The notes: generated from the sequence alone by a model not told the origin. A stretch of 64,000 nucleotides of DNA from Magnetovibrionaceae bacterium (GCA_049603795.1 JBMYSY010000015.1:47531-111530); one strand, 5' to 3'. Positions 50,445 through 62,432 are shown, counted from the stretch's first letter. Numbers and translations are program-made.

Positions 50445-50473
50445 ACGGTTAGACGTTTTAGAGTTCAGGCACC

Positions 50474-51616
50474 ATGGCGAAAGCAAGTACCACAGCGACC
50501 GCGAAAGCGCGCAAATCCCCCACCAAAAAGCCGCGGAAACGCTCGGCAAAGGCTGAACCCGCGCCTGCGCCATCTGGCGAATTTCAGATTTATGCCTCGC
50601 CACACTTTGCGGGCTGGCTGCACGAACAGAACGTTAGCCTCGGCTTCACGACCTATCAGGCCGGTAAGTTATTTCTGATCGGACTGAAAGAAACCGGTCA
50701 GATCTCGGTGGAGGAACGTTCCGTTGACCGCTGCATGGGCATCGCGGCCCATGACAACGCGCTCTATGTTTCGAGCGACTATCAGATTTGGCGGTTCGAG
50801 AATGCGCTCCTTCCGGGCCAGACGGTGGATGGCTATGATCGTGTCTACCTGCCCAAGACCAGCCATGTCACCGGCGCGATTGACGTACACGAGATGGACC
50901 TGGACGGCGAAGGCTATCTCGTTTTCGTCAATACCAAGTTCTCTTGCATCTCGACTTTGAATGACCGCTATAGCTTCGAGCCCATCTGGTGGCCGCCCTT
51001 TATCTCAAAGCTGGCTCCGGAAGACCGTTGTCATATGAACGGCATGGCGCTGGTTGATGGCCAACCCTCCTATGTTACGGCCGTCGCTGCCACGGATACG
51101 CCGGAAGGGTGGCGGGAAAGACGCACTGATGGCGGCGTGGTGATCGATGCCTTCGAAAACGAGACGGTCCTGGGCGGGCTCTCCATGCCGCACAGCCCCC
51201 GCTGGCACCGCAATGGGCTCTGGCTGTTGGAATCGGGTACCGGTTGGTTTGGCCGCGCTGACCTGGACGCGGGCGAGTTCGAAGAAATCACTTTCTGTCC
51301 GGGCTATGCGCGCGGCATGGCAATGTATCGGAACTATGCCGTTGTCTGCGTCTCGCAGCCCAGGGACGAGGCGACCTTTGGCGGCCTTCCCCTCGATGAC
51401 AATCTTGAGCGGGCAAAACTGAAAGCGGCCTGCGGCATTCTGGTGATCGACATCGAGCGGGGCGAGATCGTCCACTGGCTTCGGCTAGACGGCCCCATCC
51501 AGGAACTCTTCGATATTGCACTGATGCCTGGCGCAACGCGCCCGCGAGCCGTGGGCTTCAAGGGCGACGAGATCAAGTATGCCGTCTCCCTGCCGCCGAC
51601 GGTGGATGGCGGCTGA
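50474..51616 (+). CDS. TIGR03032 / DUF4915-family protein of unknown function, with a Lys/Arg-rich N-terminal tail
   Basis: A 380-aa ORF begins 29 nt after the giant gene's stop. Motifs I recognise from this family: F.GWL.E..VSLGFTTYQAGKLFLIG, YQIWRFENAL, FVNT.FSC, PPFISKLAPEDRCHMNGMA, LSMPHSPRW..G.LWLL.SGTG, FCPGY.RG. The N-terminus MAKASTTATAKARKSPTKKPRKRSAKAEP is strongly basic. Confidence 0.8.
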   Translation: MAKASTTATAKARKSPTKKPRKRSAKAEPAPAPSGEFQIYASPHFAGWLHEQNVSLGFTTYQAGKLFLIGLKETGQISVEERSVDRCMGIAAHDNALYVSSDYQIWRFENALLPGQTVDGYDRVYLPKTSHVTGAIDVHEMDLDGEGYLVFVNTKFSCISTLNDRYSFEPIWWPPFISKLAPEDRCHMNGMALVDGQPSYVTAVAATDTPEGWRERRTDGGVVIDAFENETVLGGLSMPHSPRWHRNGLWLLESGTGWFGRADLDAGEFEEITFCPGYARGMAMYRNYAVVCVSQPRDEATFGGLPLDDNLERAKLKAACGILVIDIERGEIVHWLRLDGPIQELFDIALMPGATRPRAVGFKGDEIKYAVSLPPTVDGG

Positions 51617-51756
51617 AGAAAAAGGTCTCTTCTAAGAGACGATTATGGTCAATCTGATAGTCGTTGCTAGGCGAAATTAAACCTAGACAGTTTTCCTTTC
51701 ATTTCCCAAGTCTAGGAAAATCCCTAAAAATTAAGTAGGCGGAACATACTCCTGAC
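51617..51756 (+). promoter_or_regulatory. AT-rich intergenic region upstream of the chemoreceptor gene: probable promoter, a 7-bp inverted repeat, and a weak hairpin after the preceding gene
   Basis: The local composition is clearly more AT-rich than the flanking DNA. An inverted repeat CCTAGAC (51682-51688) / GTCTAGG (51710-51716) is separated by 21 nt. A short hairpin GTCTCT-tcta-AGAGAC lies at 51625-51640, just after the TIGR03032 stop, with no T-tract. No confident -35/-10 assignment was possible. Confidence 0.4.
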
Positions 51757-54345
51757 ATGCTGCAGAATCTCAAAACCAAACCAAAGATCACGCTCGCGAC
51801 CCTAACACCTCTACTTTTGTTCCTCGTTGTGGGCGGCATTGTCCTCAGCAATTACCTGTCTCAGGAGGAGGACAAGCGGTGGGTTGCCCATACAAATCAC
51901 GCGATCCAGGCTTCGGATGCAATCATTGCCGCTGCTGTGGATATGGAAACCGGCATGAGGGGCTATCTTCTTTCCGGTAAGGAAGAATTCCTTGACCCCT
52001 ATAAGTCCGGTAATCAGCACTTCTTCGATTTGATTTCCGAACTAAAGAAGAAAGTAAGCGATAACCCGAGACAGGTTGGCCGTCTTCAGGAAGCCGAAGA
52101 TGTGATCTCTGAATGGAAGGCAAATGTCACGGAACCGACGATCGAGCTGCGCCGGCAGATTGGTGATGCGCCGACCATGAACGATATGAGCCAGCTTGTC
52201 TCTGAGGCACGGGGCAAAACTTTTTTCGATAAGTTCCGCAGCCAGATCGCGCTTTTTATCGAGCGGGAAGAAAAGCTCCTGGGTGAGCGGGAGGCGCGGT
52301 TCTCTTCTGACGTTTCGGCTGGAATTGTGAACGCGGATACCATTCGCGAAAACAGCATGTGGGTGACCCACACCTATAACGTCATTGCCGAGGCCGGACG
52401 CATCCTGGGGGCGGCGATTGACATGGAGACGGGCATGCGCGGCTTCCTGCTTGCCGGGCGGGAAGAATTTTTGGAACCCTTCAATAGAGGGTCTGGTTTG
52501 TTTGATCGACTGGTGGCAGATCTTGCCGTCACCGTCTCCGACAATCCGGCCCAGGTCCAACTCCTGGGCGAGATTTCCGATACCATCAACGAGTGGCGTT
52601 CGACCGTCGTGAAGGAAATGATCGATCTTCGACGGGTGATCGGCGACGCAAAAACCATGGATGACATGGCCGATCTTGTCGGCGAAGCGCGTGGCAAGAC
52701 TTACTTCGACCGTTTCCGGGGGCTGATGGCCGAATTTAAGGGTGAGGAAGTCGACCTGTTGGATGCGCGTTCAGAAGCCAGCGCTGCGGGTGCGCAAACG
52801 GGCCTTGTTCTGATTTTCGTGTCCATCGTCATTGCCGTTGTTCTGGGGATCATTCTTGCTTTGTTTGTGGGCCGGGGAATTGCCGGTCCGATTGTGGCCA
52901 TCACGGAGTCCATGGCAGCGCTGGCCGACGGCAACTTGGATGTCGACGTCCCCGGGCGCGGTCGAAAGGATGAAATCGGCTCGATGTCTGATGCCGTGCA
53001 GGTGTTCAAGGAGAACGCCCAGGAGGTCAAACGGCTGGAGCAGGACCAGCAACAACGTCTGAGCGAAGAACAGGAGAAGGCTGAGGCCCTGGCGGCATTT
53101 GCAGGAGAGATCGCCGAAGTGTCCAGGTTGGCGTCCCAAGGTGATCTATCAGGGCGGCTCGAAGAAGCCGGGCGGGAAGGTGCCCTGTTGGATGTGGCAC
53201 AAAGTCTCAATCACATGCTTGCGATGGTTGAGGACTGGTTGGAACAAGCCAGTCGGATTCAAGGCGCGCTCGCCGAGGGGAACCTCAATGTCCGCATGTC
53301 CGGTACCTACGAGGGTATCTTCGAGGAACTGAAAAACGACTCCAACAGCACGGCCGAGCGTTTGAAGGTAACCGTTGGAGCCATTATGTCGGCTACCGAG
53401 CAAATGGAACTGGCTACCGGCGAAATCGCCTCCGGCACCAACGATCTGGCAGAGCGAACCGAGCGCCAAGCCTCGGAACTGGAAGAAACGGCAGCCGCTA
53501 TGGAGCAGTTGACGGGGACCGTTCGTCAGAATGCGGATGCTGCCCAGCAAGCCAGCACGCTTTCCAGCACAGCCCGAATGGAAGCGGAAAAAGGAGGGAT
53601 TATCGTCTCCGACGCCGTTTCCGCAATGGGCCGGATTTCAGCGTCTTCCGAAAAGATCTCTGAGATCGTTGATATGATCGAAGAAATTTCTTTCCAAACC
53701 AATCTTCTGGCATTGAATGCAGCCGTTGAGGCCGCCCGGGCGGGCGAGGCTGGAAAAGGTTTTGCCGTTGTCGCCGCAGAGGTTCGGAGCCTCGCCCAGC
53801 GGTCCAGCGAAGCGTCGAAAGAGATCAGCGGTCTGATTTCAGAGAGCTCCAGTCAGGTCAAAGACGGCGTGGAGCTTGTGAACAAGACGGGCCTCACCTT
53901 GGACGAGATCGTTGTCGCCGTGAAACGCGTCGCCGATATCATCGAAGAAATCACTGCAGCCAGCAAGGAGCAGTCCACGGGCATTGACGAGGTGAACACG
54001 GCGGTTGCGGGTATGGATGAGATGACCCAACAGAATGCTTCCCTTGTGGAGGAAACCACGGCTGCCGCACAGTCCCTGGACCAACAGGCAAAGGAATTGG
54101 CCCGCCAGGTTGCTTTCTTCCGCACCGACGAACCCGACCTACGAGACGCCGGGACGATCCGGCCCTCGCCCTCAAATTCTGCCGTTTCGAAGAAAATTCG
54201 ACCGGTCCGGGCACAAGAGATGGCTAAATCCATTTCGGTTCCAACAAAAGGGGGCTCCAAGCCCAGGGAAGACAAGCGCACTGCTGCCCCATCTGCTGCT
54301 GAAGAGGGATGGGATGGTGATGACTCCGAATGGGAAGAGTTCTGA
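51757..54345 (+). CDS. Methyl-accepting chemotaxis protein with two tandem CHASE3 sensor domains, HAMP, an MCP signalling domain and a C-terminal xWxxF pentapeptide
   Basis: 862 aa. TM1 is [23 protein letters not shown]3-like copies lie at aa 41-182 and 201-342 (W..HT, then DMETGMRG(Y/F)LL.G.EEFL.P). TM2 is at aa ~349-372. The conserved signalling hairpin is [41 protein letters not shown]. The protein ends in EWEEF. Confidence 0.9.
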   Translation: MLQNLKTKPKITLATLTPLLLFLVVGGIVLSNYLSQEEDKRWVAHTNHAIQASDAIIAAAVDMETGMRGYLLSGKEEFLDPYKSGNQHFFDLISELKKKVSDNPRQVGRLQEAEDVISEWKANVTEPTIELRRQIGDAPTMNDMSQLVSEARGKTFFDKFRSQIALFIEREEKLLGEREARFSSDVSAGIVNADTIRENSMWVTHTYNVIAEAGRILGAAIDMETGMRGFLLAGREEFLEPFNRGSGLFDRLVADLAVTVSDNPAQVQLLGEISDTINEWRSTVVKEMIDLRRVIGDAKTMDDMADLVGEARGKTYFDRFRGLMAEFKGEEVDLLDARSEASAAGAQTGLVLIFVSIVIAVVLGIILALFVGRGIAGPIVAITESMAALADGNLDVDVPGRGRKDEIGSMSDAVQVFKENAQEVKRLEQDQQQRLSEEQEKAEALAAFAGEIAEVSRLASQGDLSGRLEEAGREGALLDVAQSLNHMLAMVEDWLEQASRIQGALAEGNLNVRMSGTYEGIFEELKNDSNSTAERLKVTVGAIMSATEQMELATGEIASGTNDLAERTERQASELEETAAAMEQLTGTVRQNADAAQQASTLSSTARMEAEKGGIIVSDAVSAMGRISASSEKISEIVDMIEEISFQTNLLALNAAVEAARAGEAGKGFAVVAAEVRSLAQRSSEASKEISGLISESSSQVKDGVELVNKTGLTLDEIVVAVKRVADIIEEITAASKEQSTGIDEVNTAVAGMDEMTQQNASLVEETTAAAQSLDQQAKELARQVAFFRTDEPDLRDAGTIRPSPSNSAVSKKIRPVRAQEMAKSISVPTKGGSKPREDKRTAAPSAAEEGWDGDDSEWEEF

Positions 54346-54348
54346 GAA

Positions 54349-54855
54349 ATGGTGACTGACCACATGGCCCAGGCCGATTTCCTGACAGAGCCGCAAGATG
54401 GCCGGGAATCGAGCAGTACTCAGTTTGTGACCTTCACCTTAGGATCGGAAGGTTACGGCGTAGATATCCACACGGTTCGTGAAATTCGGGTCTGGTCCGA
54501 AACTACAGATCTTCCAAATGCACCTCAGGATGTGAAGGGTGTCATCAACCTTCGTGGCGTCATCGTACCCGTATTTGATCTGCGGTTTCGATTTGGCAAA
54601 GGTGCCACGACACCGTCCAAACGGCATGTCGTCGTCATCATTGCCTTGACCGACCACTTAATCGGGATTCTCGTGGATGCTGTTTCGGACATCGTCGAGG
54701 TTCAGCCAAGTGAACTCCGCCCTGTTCCCGAGTTGGAGTTTGGCAGGGAGAGTGATTTTTTGAAGGGGCTCGTCGCCATAGGTGATCAGATGATTGCGAT
54801 CCTTGATCCGCAGACATTGATGCGGGGCCATGTGGTTGCCCAGTTGACCGGATAG
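54349..54855 (+). CDS. cheW: Chemotaxis coupling protein CheW
   Basis: 168 aa. The start lies 3 nt after the MCP stop, preceded by GGGAAGAG. The CheW-like core reads QFVTFTLGSEGYGVDIHTVREIRVWSETTDLPNAPQDVKGVINLRGVIVPVFDLRFRFG...LVDAVSDIV. An alternative start at 54364 is possible. Confidence 0.88.
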   Translation: MVTDHMAQADFLTEPQDGRESSSTQFVTFTLGSEGYGVDIHTVREIRVWSETTDLPNAPQDVKGVINLRGVIVPVFDLRFRFGKGATTPSKRHVVVIIALTDHLIGILVDAVSDIVEVQPSELRPVPELEFGRESDFLKGLVAIGDQMIAILDPQTLMRGHVVAQLTG

Positions 54856-54919
54856 GTCGTTGGTTTGAGCGTGATAACGAAAAAGGCTCCGCACCGCGCC
54901 ACATCGGTAAGGCCTGTGA

Positions 54920-56947
54920 TTAATTGATCGGCAGGGTAATTCGCGCCTCCGTCCCCTTACCCTGTTCTGATTGTAATGCCAGAGTACCGCCCTGAGCCTC
55001 GATCAGTTTTTTGGTCAGAGGCAGACCGAGGCCGGTTCCCTCGTATCGACTTGCCAGAGGACCTTCTGCGCGACCGAAGAATTCCATGGCTTTGACCAAA
55101 TCATCCTTGTCCATACCGATGCCGGTATCGCGGACGATAAGGGAAAGGCTATCGTCATCCGCGACCTCCACCGATAAGGATACCGCTCCGCCTGGATTCG
55201 TGAACTTGATCGCGTTGGATAAAAGGTTCACCAGGGCCTGTTTCAGTCGGCGCGTGTCACAGGTCAGGAGGGGAATCCGGTCCGGAAGGTCGACGGTCAA
55301 TGCCACATTGCCATCCCGAGCCCGTTGACGAACCAGCAAAACAGAGTCCTGGAGAATAGGGTGTAGATCGGCCTCTTCCCGATAGAGTTCCAGCCGTCCG
55401 GCCTCAATGGCCGACAGGTCGAGAATGTCGTTGATCAGGGCGAGCAAGTGGCTGCCGGAACTCCGGATGTCATCGACATATTCCAGGTAACGATCATTGA
55501 TGGGGCCGAAGATGCCGTGTCGGATGGCTTCGGAAAAGCCGATGATGGCGTTCAGGGGGGTGCGAAGCTCATGGCTCATGTTGGCCAGCATTTCCGATTT
55601 CGCCCGGTTGGCCGCCTCAGCCTCGGTCTTCGCCTTACGAAGTGCGTTTTCTGTGGCGACGAGCGTTGTCACATCCACAAAGGTCGTGCAAACGGCAAGG
55701 CCACCTTCCCAATCAATCAGGAATGAACGGTTGATCACCCAACAATTGGATCCGTTGAAGGGGGCCAACTGCATGATGTATTCGACCGGTGCCTCCCGAC
55801 CCGCCAGACGGGCGTCGTGATAGGCTTCAACCCGTTCTGTTTCTGTCGGGTGCAGAAAGCTTTTGGTGTCTTCCAGGGCAAGAAAGGCTTTTTCATCCGG
55901 AAGGCTGATCATGTTCAGCAGGGCCGAATTGGCGAAGAGTGGGTTAAACCGGCGGTGCACGTAGATTCCCAGGCTTGAATTTTCAACCAGCGCCTTGAAT
56001 TGTCCCTGACTTCTGAGCCGCTCTGAGTCAGCCACGCGCCGGGCGAGGCTGGTATCGGCGAGGATATCCAGTGTCTGGTCGAAGGCTTCGGTCACGGCTT
56101 CAAGCCGGTGAATTTCGTTCCGCGATGGGATTCCGCCGGAGAGTGGGGATTGATCTTCACCCCTGGGTGCAGAACTGTCCGTCGAGCGCTCCTTGAGATC
56201 GTCCAGTTTTTGAACGACGAGGTTCAGGTGACGAGCTGCATACTGTCCGAAGCGCAAGGATAGAAATGACAATAATAATATTGTTATAATAACAAAAAAT
56301 GAAACTATGAATAAGTTTTTCCGATAACTATCAAACTTCGTATTATTTAAATTTTCTATTTCCTTGAAGAAATTGCTTCGAAAATTTTCGATAAATTCTC
56401 TTGTTTTGACATATATTTCAGTGGCCTCGATCAGGTTGCTGCGGGCCAGCTCCGGATCGACTGTGACCAACTCGAAAGCGGTTCTGATCGCATCCTGGTA
56501 GTTCTTGAGCTGATCCTCACCGTACAGGCACTCTTCAAACAAGCCGGTGGGCAGGGTCGGCTCCGCTTCCAGCGTCCGACAGATGACGTCTAGACGCGCC
56601 GGGAGTTGGCGTATGACGTCTAGTTGGGCAACGGTGCGGTCATAGATCTCACCTTCAGCGATGTTACCGATGCCCCCGGCAAAGAGGACTTCGACAATTT
56701 TCGCATGGGCGATGCTATGGTCTTCAAACAGACTGGCGGCATCAACCGTCAGCTTGTTCTGGGCCGACCAACCGGCTGAAATTCGGTCTTGGTTCCGGTT
56801 GGAGGTGTACCAAAAGAAACTCGAGAGCAGGACAGCAGTGGCGATAGCCAGGATGGGGCCGAGCAAAACCAGATCCCGAACGGAAAGCCATCCGGGGCCT
56901 TTCTCCGGTGTTCTTGGCCGGGATATTCGTGGCCGATCCAACGGCAT
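54920..56947 (-). CDS. Membrane-bound PAS sensor histidine kinase (HisKA + HATPase_c)
   Basis: 675 aa. There are two TM segments (LVLLGPILAIATAVLLSSFFW and LFIVSFFVIITILLLSFLSL) flanking a ~165-aa extracytoplasmic region, followed by a PAS-like segment (FKALVENSSLGIYVHRR..). The H-box is MSHELRTPLNAIIGFSE, the N-box is LLSNAIKFT, G1 is DTGIGM and G2 is GTGLGL. No receiver domain or cognate response regulator is present in the window. Confidence 0.9.
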   Translation of the reverse strand: MPLDRPRISRPRTPEKGPGWLSVRDLVLLGPILAIATAVLLSSFFWYTSNRNQDRISAGWSAQNKLTVDAASLFEDHSIAHAKIVEVLFAGGIGNIAEGEIYDRTVAQLDVIRQLPARLDVICRTLEAEPTLPTGLFEECLYGEDQLKNYQDAIRTAFELVTVDPELARSNLIEATEIYVKTREFIENFRSNFFKEIENLNNTKFDSYRKNLFIVSFFVIITILLLSFLSLRFGQYAARHLNLVVQKLDDLKERSTDSSAPRGEDQSPLSGGIPSRNEIHRLEAVTEAFDQTLDILADTSLARRVADSERLRSQGQFKALVENSSLGIYVHRRFNPLFANSALLNMISLPDEKAFLALEDTKSFLHPTETERVEAYHDARLAGREAPVEYIMQLAPFNGSNCWVINRSFLIDWEGGLAVCTTFVDVTTLVATENALRKAKTEAEAANRAKSEMLANMSHELRTPLNAIIGFSEAIRHGIFGPINDRYLEYVDDIRSSGSHLLALINDILDLSAIEAGRLELYREEADLHPILQDSVLLVRQRARDGNVALTVDLPDRIPLLTCDTRRLKQALVNLLSNAIKFTNPGGAVSLSVEVADDDSLSLIVRDTGIGMDKDDLVKAMEFFGRAEGPLASRYEGTGLGLPLTKKLIEAQGGTLALQSEQGKGTEARITLPIN

Positions 56948-56948
56948 G

Positions 56949-57581
56949 TCACCTTTCCGATGCTTGCATCCAGATCTCGGGCGCTATTCGGGCTATGGGG
57001 GCAAGCGGCGTCGCGCTTTCGGGATCAAAGACGAACATCACGCCTTCCGGCTTGGGCCAGATCTTAACGGCCTCACGCAGATTACCCGTGTGTGAAACGA
57101 TGACGGTGTTTGTCCCACGCACCGGGGGAGTTTGCAATTCTTGGCGCAATTCCTCGGCGTCCGAAGCCCGTTTTTCCGGGCCGGATAGAGTCGAGAAAGC
57201 CAGAAAATCGTGCATTTCCGCCTTGCCGAAAGCCATTTCCGCTGTTTCCGCACACCGACAGTAGGGGCTGGTAAGCACAAGCCCCACCTTGATATCAGCC
57301 TTCTCGAAGGCAGCGCCGATTTCACCGGATTGCTGGCGGCCCAGGGCCGACAAGTTCCGTTGGGTCGAGCAATCAGAAAAAAACACGTAGGAGCGGTCTT
57401 TCTGGCTGTGGTCCGTCGCCGCGTGTCGAAGGTAGATGACATAGCCCCCAGGCTGCAGAAGGGCCGCAGCCTGTTCTGAGCTCTTTATCTCTATCGGAGA
57501 CGTTTCGGTGGCCTGAATGGGGGCGGAAAGGGCGAAGGTTATTGCCAAGGCTGCAAGCGCCAGTCGCCACTTCGTGCGCAT
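56949..57581 (-). CDS. Exported histidine-phosphatase-superfamily protein (SixA / phosphoglycerate-mutase-like)
   Basis: 210 aa. The signal peptide is MRTKWRLALAALAITFALSAPIQA-TE. The catalytic-type motifs are YLRHAATDH (RHG-like) and VIVSHTGNL near the C-terminus. Its stop lies 1 nt from the start codon of the downstream kinase gene. Confidence 0.7.
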   Translation of the reverse strand: MRTKWRLALAALAITFALSAPIQATETSPIEIKSSEQAAALLQPGGYVIYLRHAATDHSQKDRSYVFFSDCSTQRNLSALGRQQSGEIGAAFEKADIKVGLVLTSPYCRCAETAEMAFGKAEMHDFLAFSTLSGPEKRASDAEELRQELQTPPVRGTNTVIVSHTGNLREAVKIWPKPEGVMFVFDPESATPLAPIARIAPEIWMQASER

Positions 57582-57718
57582 TGCCTTTATACCCCCAAAC
57601 CAAAACAGTGCACTCGGTCGACATTATGCGACCTTCGGTGTGGAGAAGGCAAGATTCCCAAAGTCCGTGAGGGTGGGGATAAGAGCCGAGCTTTGGGAGC
57701 GGGGGCCCTACCCATGAC

Positions 57719-57757
57719 AAAGAAAGGGCCGCTCTGAGGAGCGGCCCTTTTAAAAAA
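57719..57757 (-). terminator. Rho-independent terminator downstream of the monomeric IDH gene (bidirectional shape)
   Basis: GGGCCGCTC (57726-57734) - tgag - GAGCGGCCC (57739-47) forms a perfect 9-bp GC-rich stem. On the minus strand it is followed by TTTCTTTG, and on the plus strand by TTTTAAAAAA. It lies about 90 nt after the icd stop at 57839. Confidence 0.8.
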
Positions 57758-57838
57758 GCGTCCCGAGAACATGATCTAAATCGACTGCCGGGTCACGAGA
57801 GTGCCCCGGCTTTGGCCGATCAGGCTCTGGGGCGGACT

Positions 57839-61484
<3,646 letters not shown>

Positions 61485-61730
61485 GTGCGAAAGGCTCCCC
61501 TTGAACCAGGCTGTAGGGTTTGCGAAGCGCCCGAGTCTTTGGGGTTTCTGTTCGCCCCTTGGCTTTGCCCGGCTTTTGCGCGTTGGATTGGTCTGAGTAA
61601 CGTATCCCAGCCCCCGAATTTGATGGTCGGCAGACTACGGTTCACCCCTTGCCAGGGCAAGAGGGTCATCGTGTGAGCGCGCCATCGTCCCTTGCGATGG
61701 GCCGTGCTTTTGGCCGGGCTTCTGATCGTC

Positions 61731-62306
61731 TTAATCCGGCTGGCGCGCGAGGTCTTTCAGGAGCGACCGAAAGGTCTCAAGATCGGGAAGATCCTTGCCG
61801 ACGATCTTGCCTCCCTCGTCCCAGCGGCGGACGGCCAGCGCATCCTCGAAATGGGGGTCGTGAACGAAGGCCTCTGTCTCGGCGGCGCTCATCAATCCGC
61901 CTTGAAGCTCCAAGGATCGGCGGGAAGCCGGGGAGAGGGTTTGCAGATAGCCGGGCTCGACCTTGGCCCGATAGCGCTTCGCGTCCACATGCAGGCGAAT
62001 GGGCTCGGTTACGGCCCGGCCAAAGAGACCGCTCAGACCATCCGCGCCATGGTGTTCGTGGCGGTCATCTCTGCCTTCTTCCAGGTCCAGGGTCGGGTCT
62101 TCGGCGGCAAAGTGGCCGATGTCGTGCAGCAGCGCGGCTGCAATAAGGGCAGGCTTGGCCCCCTGTCTGTCGGCCAGAACGGCGCATTGCAGCATGTGCT
62201 CTGTGGTGGTCACAGGTTCCCCGATGTAGGTTGCCTGGCCGTCGGTCCGCATCAGCTGAAAAAGGTCGTCGATGGAAGTAAAAACCAGTCGTGAGCCGTC
62301 CATCAT
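61731..62306 (-). CDS. HD-domain protein, PhnZ-like (phosphonate-degradation-associated HD family)
   Basis: 191 aa. The sequence TYIGEPVTTTEHMLQCAVLADRQGAKPALIAAALLHDIGHF...RHEHHGADGL...PIRLHVDAKRY...LSPASRRSLELQGG matches my memory of the TIGR03276 / PhnZ-type HD pattern (Y.GE.V...EH.LQCA.LA...ALLHDIGH). The family call is less certain than the HD-domain call. Confidence 0.6.
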   Translation of the reverse strand: MMDGSRLVFTSIDDLFQLMRTDGQATYIGEPVTTTEHMLQCAVLADRQGAKPALIAAALLHDIGHFAAEDPTLDLEEGRDDRHEHHGADGLSGLFGRAVTEPIRLHVDAKRYRAKVEPGYLQTLSPASRRSLELQGGLMSAAETEAFVHDPHFEDALAVRRWDEGGKIVGKDLPDLETFRSLLKDLARQPD

Positions 62307-62432
62307 GTCCCCCTGCAGGAAAGCCCTTTACCACGGGCGATTCATCTTGCACGCAAGGACGATGGGGGATGGCTGTGACGAAGGTATGACCGTTCCGTGA
62401 AATCTGCCCCGGGTGCGCCTCAAGGTCATTCG

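Noticed and set aside
48453-50444. A possible C-terminal polymorphic toxin, MARTX effector or cysteine-protease domain at the end of the giant protein.
   Set aside because: The C-terminal ~660 aa are fully accounted for by FG-GAP repeats, nonapeptides and a secretion-target domain. I noticed no catalytic-looking Cys/His motifs or toxin-like module, and no immunity-like small ORF follows.
72-50603. Many long minus-strand and off-frame ORFs overlap the giant gene, for example 72-1496 (474 aa), 2439-4241 (600 aa), 24306-26795 (829 aa), 26937-28523 (528 aa), 39156-40856 (566 aa) and 46575-50603 (1,342 aa).
   Set aside because: They are shadow ORFs of a GC-rich, repeat-rich coding strand. Their translations are low-complexity (R/G/P/A/V/D-rich) with no recognisable motifs. 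They mirror the sense-strand periodicity and all lie inside one continuous, strongly motif-bearing sense ORF.
61681-61703. A hairpin CCATCG-tcccttg-CGATGG just downstream of the HD-gene stop.
   Set aside because: The stem is only 6 bp with no T/U tract on the minus strand, so it cannot be distinguished from chance in GC-rich DNA.
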